From: Parcubacteria group bacterium GW2011_GWA2_42_14
Lineage (GTDB): Bacteria > Patescibacteriota > Minisyncoccia > Sungbacterales > GWA2-42-14
DNA length: 64,000 bases
NCBI GenBank assembly: GCA_000998135.1
Contig: LCCV01000005.1
Coordinates: 157-64,156, forward strand
Direction: 5' to 3'
Shown here: positions 1 through 9,303 of the stretch, in pieces
How the letters are laid out: each line of letters begins with the position of its first letter
Numbering within the stretch: the first letter of the stretch is position 1
Program-made: the position numbers and the translations under genes
Notes under the pieces: model-generated
The model's input: the letters and a program-made list of their open reading frames with translations, nothing else
Databases searched by the model: none
What the model was told of the DNA's origin: nothing

Positions 1-82
1 TATTTTTTCGCCCAGCCTGTCTAATCACTCCGATTATTTTATTTTCTAAAGGAAGAAGGTCCATTTTTGGAGGATGAAATAA

Positions 83-811
83 TCAATCAGTAATTTCTTC
101 TGTAATATTTTTATATTTATTAATTAATTTTTTAATTTCGCTTACTGATAAACTAGGAATTATTTTATATCCACCTTCATAATTTAACCTTCTCATCAAG
201 AAACGTATACGTGCTTCCTTATGAGATTCAAACAAATGGGGATTTTCTATAACATATTCAAGTAAGGCACGCACAAAATTATTACTGCGTCCTAACATAC
301 CGAAAATAGTTCTTGTGTAATCTTGCATAGAAAAAAGTTCCTTTGTCAGCTCAAACGGATAATCGCTTTCAGAATTATATGTCATATACGCACCCCACCA
401 CAACATTGCTATCCCGTGGCGCATATATGACGAGCTTGTCTGAGTTTTCACAAACCAGTGATTAACGATATATGCCGCACGTTTTTCCTCATGCTGATCA
501 GCTACTGGCCAACGCTTTGCCATATACTCCATGAAGGGCACATGAGCCAACCAAGCCCACAAGCGCTGATCAGAGGCCATCGTACGATCTATGTCCCTCA
601 TTGACTCATAAAGAATTTGAGCATTTTCAAACTCTTCTTTATCGGCAGCGAGTTTAGGAAAAACGTCTATTTCAATAAGCGTATCCTTGGTGTCGGAGTT
701 GGAATAATTCGGCGCCCTACCCTCAACATAACCGTTGATAATCTCCTTACTCTGAAGTCGTTGACCCAGCTGATCAAGAAATGTTGTTGTAAATACTTTT
801 ATTCTTTCCAT
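83..811 (-). CDS. DUF6339-like protein, last gene of GHKL cassette
   Basis: 242 aa ORF with D-x-RLWAWLAH and IAMLWW motifs typical of DUF6339-like RM-associated proteins; 3 bp from upstream gene. Confidence 0.65.
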   Translation of the reverse strand: MERIKVFTTTFLDQLGQRLQSKEIINGYVEGRAPNYSNSDTKDTLIEIDVFPKLAADKEEFENAQILYESMRDIDRTMASDQRLWAWLAHVPFMEYMAKRWPVADQHEEKRAAYIVNHWFVKTQTSSSYMRHGIAMLWWGAYMTYNSESDYPFELTKELFSMQDYTRTIFGMLGRSNNFVRALLEYVIENPHLFESHKEARIRFLMRRLNYEGGYKIIPSLSVSEIKKLINKYKNITEEITD

Positions 812-814
812 ACA

Positions 815-1657
815 CTATTCTGCTGAATCAATTATTTCTTTTAATCCGGTTAACATACGACTGACCGGTCCTTTTAATATTTCTTGTGCGATTTCAGAAA
901 TATTTTCTTTTTCCCACTCTAATTTTGCTTTTTCGGTACGCTCTTTTAATATATTAAACCACATTAAATGTCCGAATGATTCCGGTATTTCAAAAGCGTT
1001 ATAAAGAGCAGTGGTAATTGCCGGAAATGCCACACTGGACTGCAAAATCGAATTAATCTTTTCTGTTCTTGAACCCGCGAAAATCGCGAGTTTATCAAAA
1101 TCAAGACTTGGCAACCTTACCACTATTTTGTCTTGATGAGGATCAATGCTCATCGAGCCAAAAAGTCTCGGGTCGCGGACAACTTCAAGAATATCGGAAA
1201 CCGATTTTGCTCCTGCATATTTTTTCCTGGCATCGAATTTTTCAGACTCTGCTTCCGCCAAAATATCACCCGGCAAAAGAGAAACATTTGCTTCCACCCC
1301 TTCATAGTCCGGATGCGCCGTACCATTTATATAGCTGGCGATGTCGGTCGCGGCGAGCACCAGATAATCAAGCTGTACGATACTTCGAAGTTCCGATGCG
1401 GGCACGAAAACTTCAAACTGATTATTTATAAAAAGGTAACATTTTCGAAAGTGAGTCGCTTTACACATAATCTGTAAAACATAATTAGCCTGTCCGTTAT
1501 TGATTAGATCCTGAATAGATTTGTTGTCTAAATTAAAATTACCTCGGATTTTTATTTCATCCTTACCTCTAACAATTTCGACTATCGGAGCAAATGTTCC
1601 CGATACAGCATCACCATCGCCAAGTACCGGCCAAGGATATCGTGAAATTATATTCAT
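815..1657 (-). CDS. Conserved hypothetical protein (YPxPVL N-terminus) of GHKL cassette
   Basis: 280 aa ORF, start overlaps stop of GHKL gene (ATGA). Confidence 0.7.
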   Translation of the reverse strand: MNIISRYPWPVLGDGDAVSGTFAPIVEIVRGKDEIKIRGNFNLDNKSIQDLINNGQANYVLQIMCKATHFRKCYLFINNQFEVFVPASELRSIVQLDYLVLAATDIASYINGTAHPDYEGVEANVSLLPGDILAEAESEKFDARKKYAGAKSVSDILEVVRDPRLFGSMSIDPHQDKIVVRLPSLDFDKLAIFAGSRTEKINSILQSSVAFPAITTALYNAFEIPESFGHLMWFNILKERTEKAKLEWEKENISEIAQEILKGPVSRMLTGLKEIIDSAE

Positions 1658-3564
1658 GGTTGTATTTGTAAATTAGGATTTATTGCAATGACCCATGGGT
1701 CTTTTAATTCTATGGAGAGATATGCTTTTCCTGAGTCATCCAAAGAAAAATCGCAATATCCGGTATCTATCTTAATTATTTTAGTCCCACGTTCACCGAC
1801 AGCATCCGCAAGACCAAGTAATTCGCCCTCTCCCTCTTCCGCACGACCAAATAACTTCATTCGTACGACAGGATTCCCCTGAATTTTATCAGCGTGTATT
1901 AAAAAACGATACATTCGACCACTTGCAGTTGTACCCCCCACGACATAGCGCACAACCGCGTTTTCTAATTCTTTAGGCCTAATAACCGTACCTTCCGTAT
2001 CAGGTATAGTGGGAATTTCAACGGACTCATGCGGTCCTGAGGGTACCAGAGTAGGAACATCATCGGGAATTATCGGTCGCACAGGAACATAACGCTTCAC
2101 TCTAATTGGTTTTATGGTGTGAGTAGGCACAATGTTATCGTCCGGATCTTCCGAACCTATTTCAATTCCCGTTTCTTCCTCGACCGGTTCTTTCACGGGA
2201 TTGCTAGCAACTCCCGTCTGAGGTAAAATTCCGTCTGATTTCGGTACTCCAATATAGTCTGTAAGACCCGGGATAGTTGTTGATTGCTGAATTGGTGAAT
2301 ATAAAAGACCGCTTAATCCCTCGGCAATGAAAAGCTCAAGTTCCTGAGAAGCAGTTTTTCCATCCTCAACATAATGTCCGTGTTCATCTTTCCAATTGTG
2401 CCAATCCCATTCATTATGAGCGGGGTTTTCCAGCTTCCGGAGTATCTCACTTCCTTTTTTATTCCTACACTCAAAAACAGCAGCATACTTTGCTAAATGA
2501 AACGCCCTCCCCCTGAAATCAACAATCATTCCGGTATTTCTAATAAGCGCTGTCTTATTAGGGTATGGTAGTTCATCTGAGGTTCTACCGTAAAAAGAAA
2601 TTTCTCTAAGCATATCGGGGGTTTCCGATAATTTTTTTTCAGAATTAGTGTATGTATCAAAAAAATGTAGAGGATTATAAGGTTTATGAGATCTCTTTTC
2701 GTCTACTGCAAAAAATTCACTCATACGTTCACGAAGATTAGCGGCATCAAATTCTTTATCATCTACTCTTACCGTAAGTATTCCCCAATGTATTGCGGGC
2801 CAAAACCACCCCAAAACCGCCCGGCAGATTTCCTCTTTCCAATCAGTGCTTCCCTGATAATTAACAACCCAAATATCAGTTCCCTTTTCTTGCCTCTTTT
2901 TAAATATTTCCGGAATTTCTTTTTTATTCTTGATAGGTAACTGCCTTGGAAGACCGTATGTACCATTACCTTGCATTAATTCACCGTCCTGGTTAAAGGA
3001 TAGCAGCCGCAATTTTCCGGCAAACTTAATCCCTTCATCGGTAACCGTAGAAACGAATATAGTTCTAAAAAGCGAATTTGCAAAAAAAGCTCCCTTCCCT
3101 AATCCAAAAGCACCACCTGCCCAGGCTTCACCGGCATTAAATCCAACACCACGCATAAACATAAACCAACGCCCATCTTCAGTATCGCCGGTTAAACCGC
3201 AAGTATTGTAATCCGAAATCCGTAATAACGAAACGGAAATACCGCTTTTTAAAATATCTGCCTGAGCACGATAATGCTTTGCCGCATGAAGTACTCCTCT
3301 TTTCTCGGCATAATCGGCACATTTTCTGAATATTTTTTCTAACCGTTCCGGATTGGGTAATTCCCTTATAGGAAAATTTTCTAGATCAAATTCTGCTCTG
3401 ACCGGATTTTTACCGGGCAATTTTGCGTCAATAATATTTTGGATAGCTTCCCTTATTAGACTATCGGTTAAATTTTCTTCATATGCAAAATTTGCCGCAA
3501 CCGGGTCATTAAACCCCGCGACGTCTCCACCATCTGTTTTGCCAAAATGATAATCGGTTGTCAT
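1654..3564 (-). CDS. GHKL (MORC/HATPase-like) ATPase with Pro-rich linker and beta-rich C-terminal domain
   Basis: REAIQNIIDA (N-box), ISDYNTCGL (G1), GGAFGLGK (G2), GTDI motif. Confidence 0.8.
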   Translation of the reverse strand: MTTDYHFGKTDGGDVAGFNDPVAANFAYEENLTDSLIREAIQNIIDAKLPGKNPVRAEFDLENFPIRELPNPERLEKIFRKCADYAEKRGVLHAAKHYRAQADILKSGISVSLLRISDYNTCGLTGDTEDGRWFMFMRGVGFNAGEAWAGGAFGLGKGAFFANSLFRTIFVSTVTDEGIKFAGKLRLLSFNQDGELMQGNGTYGLPRQLPIKNKKEIPEIFKKRQEKGTDIWVVNYQGSTDWKEEICRAVLGWFWPAIHWGILTVRVDDKEFDAANLRERMSEFFAVDEKRSHKPYNPLHFFDTYTNSEKKLSETPDMLREISFYGRTSDELPYPNKTALIRNTGMIVDFRGRAFHLAKYAAVFECRNKKGSEILRKLENPAHNEWDWHNWKDEHGHYVEDGKTASQELELFIAEGLSGLLYSPIQQSTTIPGLTDYIGVPKSDGILPQTGVASNPVKEPVEEETGIEIGSEDPDDNIVPTHTIKPIRVKRYVPVRPIIPDDVPTLVPSGPHESVEIPTIPDTEGTVIRPKELENAVVRYVVGGTTASGRMYRFLIHADKIQGNPVVRMKLFGRAEEGEGELLGLADAVGERGTKIIKIDTGYCDFSLDDSGKAYLSIELKDPWVIAINPNLQIQP

Positions 3565-3567
3565 GGT

Positions 3568-3786
3568 TTATAATTTAAATTCTTTATCCCTTGGTAAGTG
3601 AAATTTCCCTCTGGCCTCTTTTACTGCCTGATCAATCTCTAAAAATATTCGTCGAACTTGATCAGGTGAATATGAATAATTTCCCTTATTCCCACAGTTA
3701 CCGAGAATGCGCATATCTCGTAAAACTGCCCTGGTTCGGCGCTCAGCAACCCTTTTAAACCTATCATTTTTTGATTCATTTTCCAT
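3568..3786 (-). CDS. Small basic helical protein leading the GHKL cassette
   Basis: 72 aa, RFKRVAERR...LGN...NYSY...IF pattern; 3 bp from GHKL start. Confidence 0.7.
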   Translation of the reverse strand: MENESKNDRFKRVAERRTRAVLRDMRILGNCGNKGNYSYSPDQVRRIFLEIDQAVKEARGKFHLPRDKEFKL

Positions 3787-3991
3787 ATTAATAAGTATTT
3801 ATTGAGCTTTTTAAGTATTTTAGTTATAGAGTTCAGATATCTAGTACTATATGTCCCCCATTATACTCGTAGTGGATTTTTTGTCAATAGCTACAAGAAT
3901 ATAAGAATGATAGTAAAAAAACAAATACTTTTTCGTTAACGAACCAACAGACGAACACAAAAACCGCCGATACCGGCAATTTTTTTGTTTA

Positions 3992-4402
3992 TTAATTGAG
4001 GGCCTTTTTAATTTTCTTAATAACGTCTTCCGGATACTTTTTTATCCCGTGTTCCCAAACAATAAGAGGTTTCCATCCGAAGTGCTTAATTTTTCGCAAA
4101 ACGGCTATATCCCTCTTTTTATTCCCGTTTATTTTCTCTCGCCAAAATTTTACATTGGTTTTAGGAATTGATCTATGTAGCTTACATCCGTGCCAAAAAC
4201 ACCCATGAACAAAAATCACAACCCGCTGCTTCGGAAAAATAAAATCGGGACGAACATTGAATATTTTTTGATGACGCCGCCAATGAGAAATCCCTTCTTT
4301 GCGAAAAAATCTTACGAGATTTAATTCGGTTGTTACATTACCGCTGCTATGTATAGCCGCCATATTCCGTGAACGTTGTTTGATATTTATTCGATCAACC
4401 AT
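3992..4402 (-). CDS. vsr: Very short patch repair endonuclease
   Basis: RSRNMAAI, RPDF, FVHGCFWHG, FWxxKIxxNxxRD, VWE motifs; overlaps dcm. Confidence 0.95.
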   Translation of the reverse strand: MVDRINIKQRSRNMAAIHSSGNVTTELNLVRFFRKEGISHWRRHQKIFNVRPDFIFPKQRVVIFVHGCFWHGCKLHRSIPKTNVKFWREKINGNKKRDIAVLRKIKHFGWKPLIVWEHGIKKYPEDVIKKIKKALN

Positions 4403-5381
4403 GAATAGTTTTGATAATATTTTTTGCAATTGCCTCGATTACGGACACCGCAACACTGTTACCAAGCTGTTTCATTTTCTGAGAATAAGATAGATTGCCG
4501 GGAAAAATAAAATTTGACGGAAAACCCATCATTGTTTTTGCTTCTTCAACCGTTAATACATGCGGTTTATTGTTAACCAAATACGTATCCCAATTTCGTC
4601 TGTCCCTAAACCAAGACCCATCAGGATTCTTTCTGAAAGGCGATTTTCTTCCCCCGACGCGTATCGTTGACCCTATTATAGCAGGCCATCTTTTTCCAAA
4701 AATCTGTCTTAGGGTTACACCCCGCGGAGTCGTCGAGGATGGAAACCTAAAACTATTGGCCTTTCTTAAATCCTTTCTAAATGCGACAAGATAAAATCTT
4801 GGTCGATGAGTGGGCAGTCCGAAAGCGCTTGCCCTCAAAATTTCCCAATTAAAACCCCTTTCAGGCCTTACATCGTAACCGGCACCATCCAACTTATCCA
4901 GGATTACAACGAGCGTTTTATTGTCGTTGTGACTGACGATATTTCTTACGTTTTCCAAAAAAATAACCTTTGGTTTTCGCGCCCTAACTATTCTTTCTAT
5001 ATCATTAAACATTGTCCCTCTTACATCATCAAACCCCTTTTGTTTTCCAACCTGACTAAACGGCTGACATGGAAAACCGGCGCAAAGAATATCGAAGTTC
5101 GGAATAATTTCCCCAATATTTCTTTTCCAAATATATTTAGGTTCGTTTGTATCGGTGCGAGTTATTTGCTTAATATCCTTCCAAAAGAACGATTCTCTCT
5201 CGTCATCTATAAATAAGGTCGGGTCGACTTTTTTGAAATAATTTTTATAAGTTTCTTTGGCACATTTATTAAATTCATTCACAAAAACACACTTTCCGCC
5301 AAGCCTATGAAGAGCTAAATGAAAACCGCCTATTCCGGCAAATAAGTCGATAAAAGTGAATTTTGATTTTTTAGCACCCAT
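4395..5381 (-). CDS. dcm: DNA (cytosine-5) methyltransferase
   Basis: DLFAGIGG, GFPCQPFS, ENV, RxR, GNSV motifs. Confidence 0.95.
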   Translation of the reverse strand: MGAKKSKFTFIDLFAGIGGFHLALHRLGGKCVFVNEFNKCAKETYKNYFKKVDPTLFIDDERESFFWKDIKQITRTDTNEPKYIWKRNIGEIIPNFDILCAGFPCQPFSQVGKQKGFDDVRGTMFNDIERIVRARKPKVIFLENVRNIVSHNDNKTLVVILDKLDGAGYDVRPERGFNWEILRASAFGLPTHRPRFYLVAFRKDLRKANSFRFPSSTTPRGVTLRQIFGKRWPAIIGSTIRVGGRKSPFRKNPDGSWFRDRRNWDTYLVNNKPHVLTVEEAKTMMGFPSNFIFPGNLSYSQKMKQLGNSVAVSVIEAIAKNIIKTIHG

Positions 5382-5496
5382 TTCTCTATGTATGTTTAAC
5401 CTTAACATTTATAAAATAACATAAAACCGCTTAATCTTAAAGCCGCTGATCATCAGCGGTTTTAAGAAGGTTTGATAGTAATTTTACTATTCCCGG

Positions 5497-6645
5497 CTAT
5501 TTAATGGCCTGCTTAAACCCAAGAATCGCCGATTTAAAGAGTTCAATAGATTTTTTATCCGGAAAGGCCTCTTGAAACGTCATGTTCTTTCCGGGGAAAT
5601 CGCTGATACGAGACCCTCTCTTCCCTTCTCTAATTTCCTTGTCTGTACGTGCATACCATTTTTTTATTGCCGGCAGCTTCAATAATTTTTCACGCAATAA
5701 TTGGGATAATCGTTCGCCATCTTTTCCTGGAATTTCGTTTGTAATCCTCCAAAAACCTATTTTAAAACGGCCGTCGCTTTTCAAACTAACAATGCGTAAA
5801 AACCCGCTTTTTGCTTTGGGGTATTCGAGTCTAAGATAAGTGCGACCCAAATCGTGACCCGTTCCGTAACCCGGCTCCGCCAGTTCCGTGCGGCCGAATT
5901 CATAAAGATCAAGGATTGCATTCGAAAGTTCCTTGTCCTTAACCTCTTTTATTTTCTGGCGGAAAAAATCGTCATTTTGTTTATTGGGCCGGTATCCGCC
6001 CGCGATGTCTTTTTTTACCTCAGCACCGTATAGCTTGGGAATCAATATTTCATAGTCCTCGTGCTTATAATATTCAAATTCAACTGCAAAAAGATCAAAA
6101 CGGCTGTTTTCATTGATGAAAAGAATAAGGTTTTTCAATTGGTCATCAACTTTATCGAGAAGCACCACGAACCGATAATTTCCCTTGCTTAAGTTTTGCC
6201 GAACGTTTTCCAAAAGCAATGCGGCATCTTCGTCCTCAATACCGAAGAATTCTTTAACCAGTTGAACGGTATTCTGCTTAAATTTTTCCTGAACTTTTGC
6301 ATCAAGTTCCCGCATGAATTCGGTAAAATCCCCGTATGAGCGCCATAACGACGCACCATAATCAAGAACTTGTGCCACAATAGAACGCTTGTCCGAATTC
6401 CGGTAAAGCTTTGTTTCAATTAAGTAAACTTCACCATCTTTATCAATACCGAGGGCGTCGATTGGTCCGTGTTCTGTATAAAATTCTCTTGCAAGAATAA
6501 GAAGCTGGATATCCTTTTTAATATCGTAAACAGGGATGCTTTCAGGATTGTCATAAATATATTTCTGCAAATTTCCTTCTCGCTCAAATGTTGACTCGGG
6601 TACTGGTTTGGCATTTTTGCCGTTTTTTGAGATGATGATTGTCAT
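5497..6645 (-). CDS. PD-(D/E)XK endonuclease (NucS/DUF91-like N-terminus)
   Basis: E...ID...LIETK...QVLDY motif. Confidence 0.7.
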   Translation of the reverse strand: MTIIISKNGKNAKPVPESTFEREGNLQKYIYDNPESIPVYDIKKDIQLLILAREFYTEHGPIDALGIDKDGEVYLIETKLYRNSDKRSIVAQVLDYGASLWRSYGDFTEFMRELDAKVQEKFKQNTVQLVKEFFGIEDEDAALLLENVRQNLSKGNYRFVVLLDKVDDQLKNLILFINENSRFDLFAVEFEYYKHEDYEILIPKLYGAEVKKDIAGGYRPNKQNDDFFRQKIKEVKDKELSNAILDLYEFGRTELAEPGYGTGHDLGRTYLRLEYPKAKSGFLRIVSLKSDGRFKIGFWRITNEIPGKDGERLSQLLREKLLKLPAIKKWYARTDKEIREGKRGSRISDFPGKNMTFQEAFPDKKSIELFKSAILGFKQAIK

Positions 6646-6671
6646 AGGTTTTTATGACGACGGGAAACACA

Positions 6672-6752
6672 AAGCCCCGCGCCAGCTAGGTCTTGCGACC
6701 CCATACCGGTTTCCCGATATGGCCCATCAAAGAGTTGCTGAACGCGGGGTTC
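6672..6752 (-). ncRNA. Putative structured leader RNA upstream of the nuclease gene
   Basis: Minus strand: CCCCGCG/CGCGGGG closing stem enclosing ATATCGG-GAAA-CCGGTAT and GGTC-GCAA-GACC GNRA hairpins. Confidence 0.45.
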
Positions 6753-7295
6753 AGTATCTTCATCGGGTCTTTATGCCATGCCCGGCGGTATGAACCGAAG
6801 GGTTTAGGACAATTAAATTGTTATCGTTATAACGACTATATCAAAAATGCCCGTTTCAATCAATTTTCTGTCCATTTCATAGCATAAATACTTGCTTTTG
6901 CGAAGGATCGAGTTATCAACAGCGGCTATTTGCAAACTCTTGATTTATTCAAAATAATTTGCTATTATGAAAATAATTGAATAGAAATCTTAGCGGCTGT
7001 CTCTAGTCTATAAAGATTATCAGATAGCTGTGTCGGCTAGACCGCCTAAGGTTTTATCAGCAATGCTATTTTGTATTGCTGTTGAAACTTTGGGCGGTTT
7101 TTATTTTTCGCCCCTTCGCCGCCACGGTCAACGGCGAAATGTAACCAAAGGAGAATATTGCTTATGAAATAAAACGCGTGCCATGAGTACGCAAAACGAA
7201 AATACTAAAAAACTCAGATATTAATAACGGAAACGGCTTATCCTAGAAAGGTTCAGTATAGAAACTTTCTTTGGTGAGCCGTTCCCTAAATTAAG

Positions 7296-8642
7296 ATGTT
7301 AGAAATTGATAGTGAAAAACAGCTTAAAATTACTTATGTTCCGGTGGATTCCCTCCAGCCTTCCGAGTACAATCCGCGCTCATGGAGCAAAGATGCCGCC
7401 GGGCAATTGAAAGAGAGTATAACCAGATATGGAATGGTGGACCCCATTTTGGTAAACTCCGCACCCGAAAGGAACGGCGTACTTATCGGAGGGCATTTCC
7501 GATGGGCAATGGCAAAGGAACTTGGGATAACAGAAGTACCAGTTGTCTATCTTAATATTCCTGACCTTGAAAAAGAGAAGGAACTTAATTTAAGGCTGAA
7601 CCGCAATCAAGGCGAATGGAATCTTGAACTTCTCGCTGAATTTGATGAAAAATTGCTCGCCGATATAGGTTTTAGTTCCGAAGAGATTGATGAAATATTT
7701 GGAATTGAGGAGAATCCGGAAATGTTTGATCTGGAAAAGGAATTAAAAAAACTGTCGATTGATAAAGTTGACGTGCAGAAAGGCGACGTCTATAAAATCG
7801 GAGAACATCGCGTCATGTGCGGAGATTCCACGATTGAAACGGATATGCTCAAACTCATGGCTGGAGAAAAAGCCGATATGTGCTTCACAGACCCGCCATA
7901 TTTACTCTCATATTTGACCGGAAAGAAGCGACATGGAAAAGCAACTGAAGGATTCGGGTTAAAACGCGACCGCCGGTATCTAGAAACAGATGTTTTGCCG
8001 GATAACTTCACGGAACTCTGGATGACAAATATTGCCAAGATTCAAAAACCGGATTTTTCAATCATCGTGTTTGAGAATCCTAAGAATTTGCGGACTATCT
8101 GGAACGAACTTGAAAAGTATTGGCGCTGGCGCAATACAATCATCTGGCACTTACCAAATCGCGTCTCCGGTTTCTCAGCAAAATACAAGTTCTTTAACAA
8201 ACACGATATTGCCCTCGTCGGCACCGACGGGAATCCATCATTAAATTTGGAACCGGAATCGGATGAATTATTTCAAAACGAGTATGAGAACGCATTATAC
8301 GCAACTTCCGGAAAACCGCACTGGGAGGGCTATGAGAAAGGAAAAAAGATCTGCCCTACGGATTTTATTGAGCACATTGCGGCTGATGAAAAATCCAGCG
8401 GCCAAGGAATAATATTCGGCACGAAGCCGATTGAACTCCTTATCCCATACATCAAGGTTCTCACGAAACGCGGAGATCTTATAGTAGAACCTTTCGGCGG
8501 ATCGGGATCTATGCTGGTTGCGGCAGAAAAGTTGAAACGACGGTGCTTTCTGATGGAAAAAAGTCCGATCTACACAGCCGTCATATTAAACCGAGTTGAA
8601 AAAATTATTGGCATAAAAGGAGAAAAAATCAATGAGGGATAA
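7296..8642 (+). CDS. ParB-like N-terminal domain fused to N4/N6 DNA methyltransferase (phage/MGE type)
   Basis: YNPR...GGHFR ParB motif; MCGDS, DPPY, TKP, PFGGSGS methylase motifs. Confidence 0.9.
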   Translation: MLEIDSEKQLKITYVPVDSLQPSEYNPRSWSKDAAGQLKESITRYGMVDPILVNSAPERNGVLIGGHFRWAMAKELGITEVPVVYLNIPDLEKEKELNLRLNRNQGEWNLELLAEFDEKLLADIGFSSEEIDEIFGIEENPEMFDLEKELKKLSIDKVDVQKGDVYKIGEHRVMCGDSTIETDMLKLMAGEKADMCFTDPPYLLSYLTGKKRHGKATEGFGLKRDRRYLETDVLPDNFTELWMTNIAKIQKPDFSIIVFENPKNLRTIWNELEKYWRWRNTIIWHLPNRVSGFSAKYKFFNKHDIALVGTDGNPSLNLEPESDELFQNEYENALYATSGKPHWEGYEKGKKICPTDFIEHIAADEKSSGQGIIFGTKPIELLIPYIKVLTKRGDLIVEPFGGSGSMLVAAEKLKRRCFLMEKSPIYTAVILNRVEKIIGIKGEKINEG

Positions 8643-9201
8643 AATAGAGGAAAAGCTAAAAATACTTGAAACGCTGAAAACAACGCCGGTGATTAGTGTG
8701 GCGTGCGCTAAGGCGGGCTTGGCGCGCGCCACAATCTATCGCTGGCTTAACGACGATATTGACTTCGAAAAACAAGTTCAACAGGCCATGAGATCCGGCG
8801 CTAAGAATATTAACGACTTGGCGTATGCAAAACTGATCCAGAAAATCAACGAAGGCAGTCTGGGAGCCACTACTTTTTACCTCTCACACCGGCATCCTTT
8901 ATTCAAAAAGAAAGAAAAATTTAAAGTGGAAGTGACACAGAAAAATTCTCCGATCTATGACATTCCCGAAAGTGCGTTTAACGAAGTTTTAATCAGTAAA
9001 CTCCCGAAAAAACTCAGAAAGCAAGTAGTAAGAAAAGCAATAAGGATACACGAGATAGTGCGACAAGCCATCGAGAAAGCGCGCAAGGAGCGCCCGTACT
9101 TGGGACCCAAAAACCCGTCATCAAAGTATTGTCTACAAGATACGCTGCCGTGGGGGTTAATTCTTAAGAGCGTTCTTGAAGAAGAAAAGGGGAAGAAATA
9201 G
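8632..9201 (+). CDS. HTH protein, terminase small subunit-like
   Basis: ISVACAKAGLARATIYRW HTH followed by helical region; follows ParB-methylase as in phage-derived modules. Confidence 0.55.
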   Translation: MRDKIEEKLKILETLKTTPVISVACAKAGLARATIYRWLNDDIDFEKQVQQAMRSGAKNINDLAYAKLIQKINEGSLGATTFYLSHRHPLFKKKEKFKVEVTQKNSPIYDIPESAFNEVLISKLPKKLRKQVVRKAIRIHEIVRQAIEKARKERPYLGPKNPSSKYCLQDTLPWGLILKSVLEEEKGKK

Positions 9202-9303
9202 TTATCAACTGCTTGGTTTGAGGGGGTCTGGACTCACAGGAGGGGTTGCGTCATCAATGTCCTTGTCGAAAGGTTATTAAATAACTAAGTAAAACAAGGG
9301 CTT

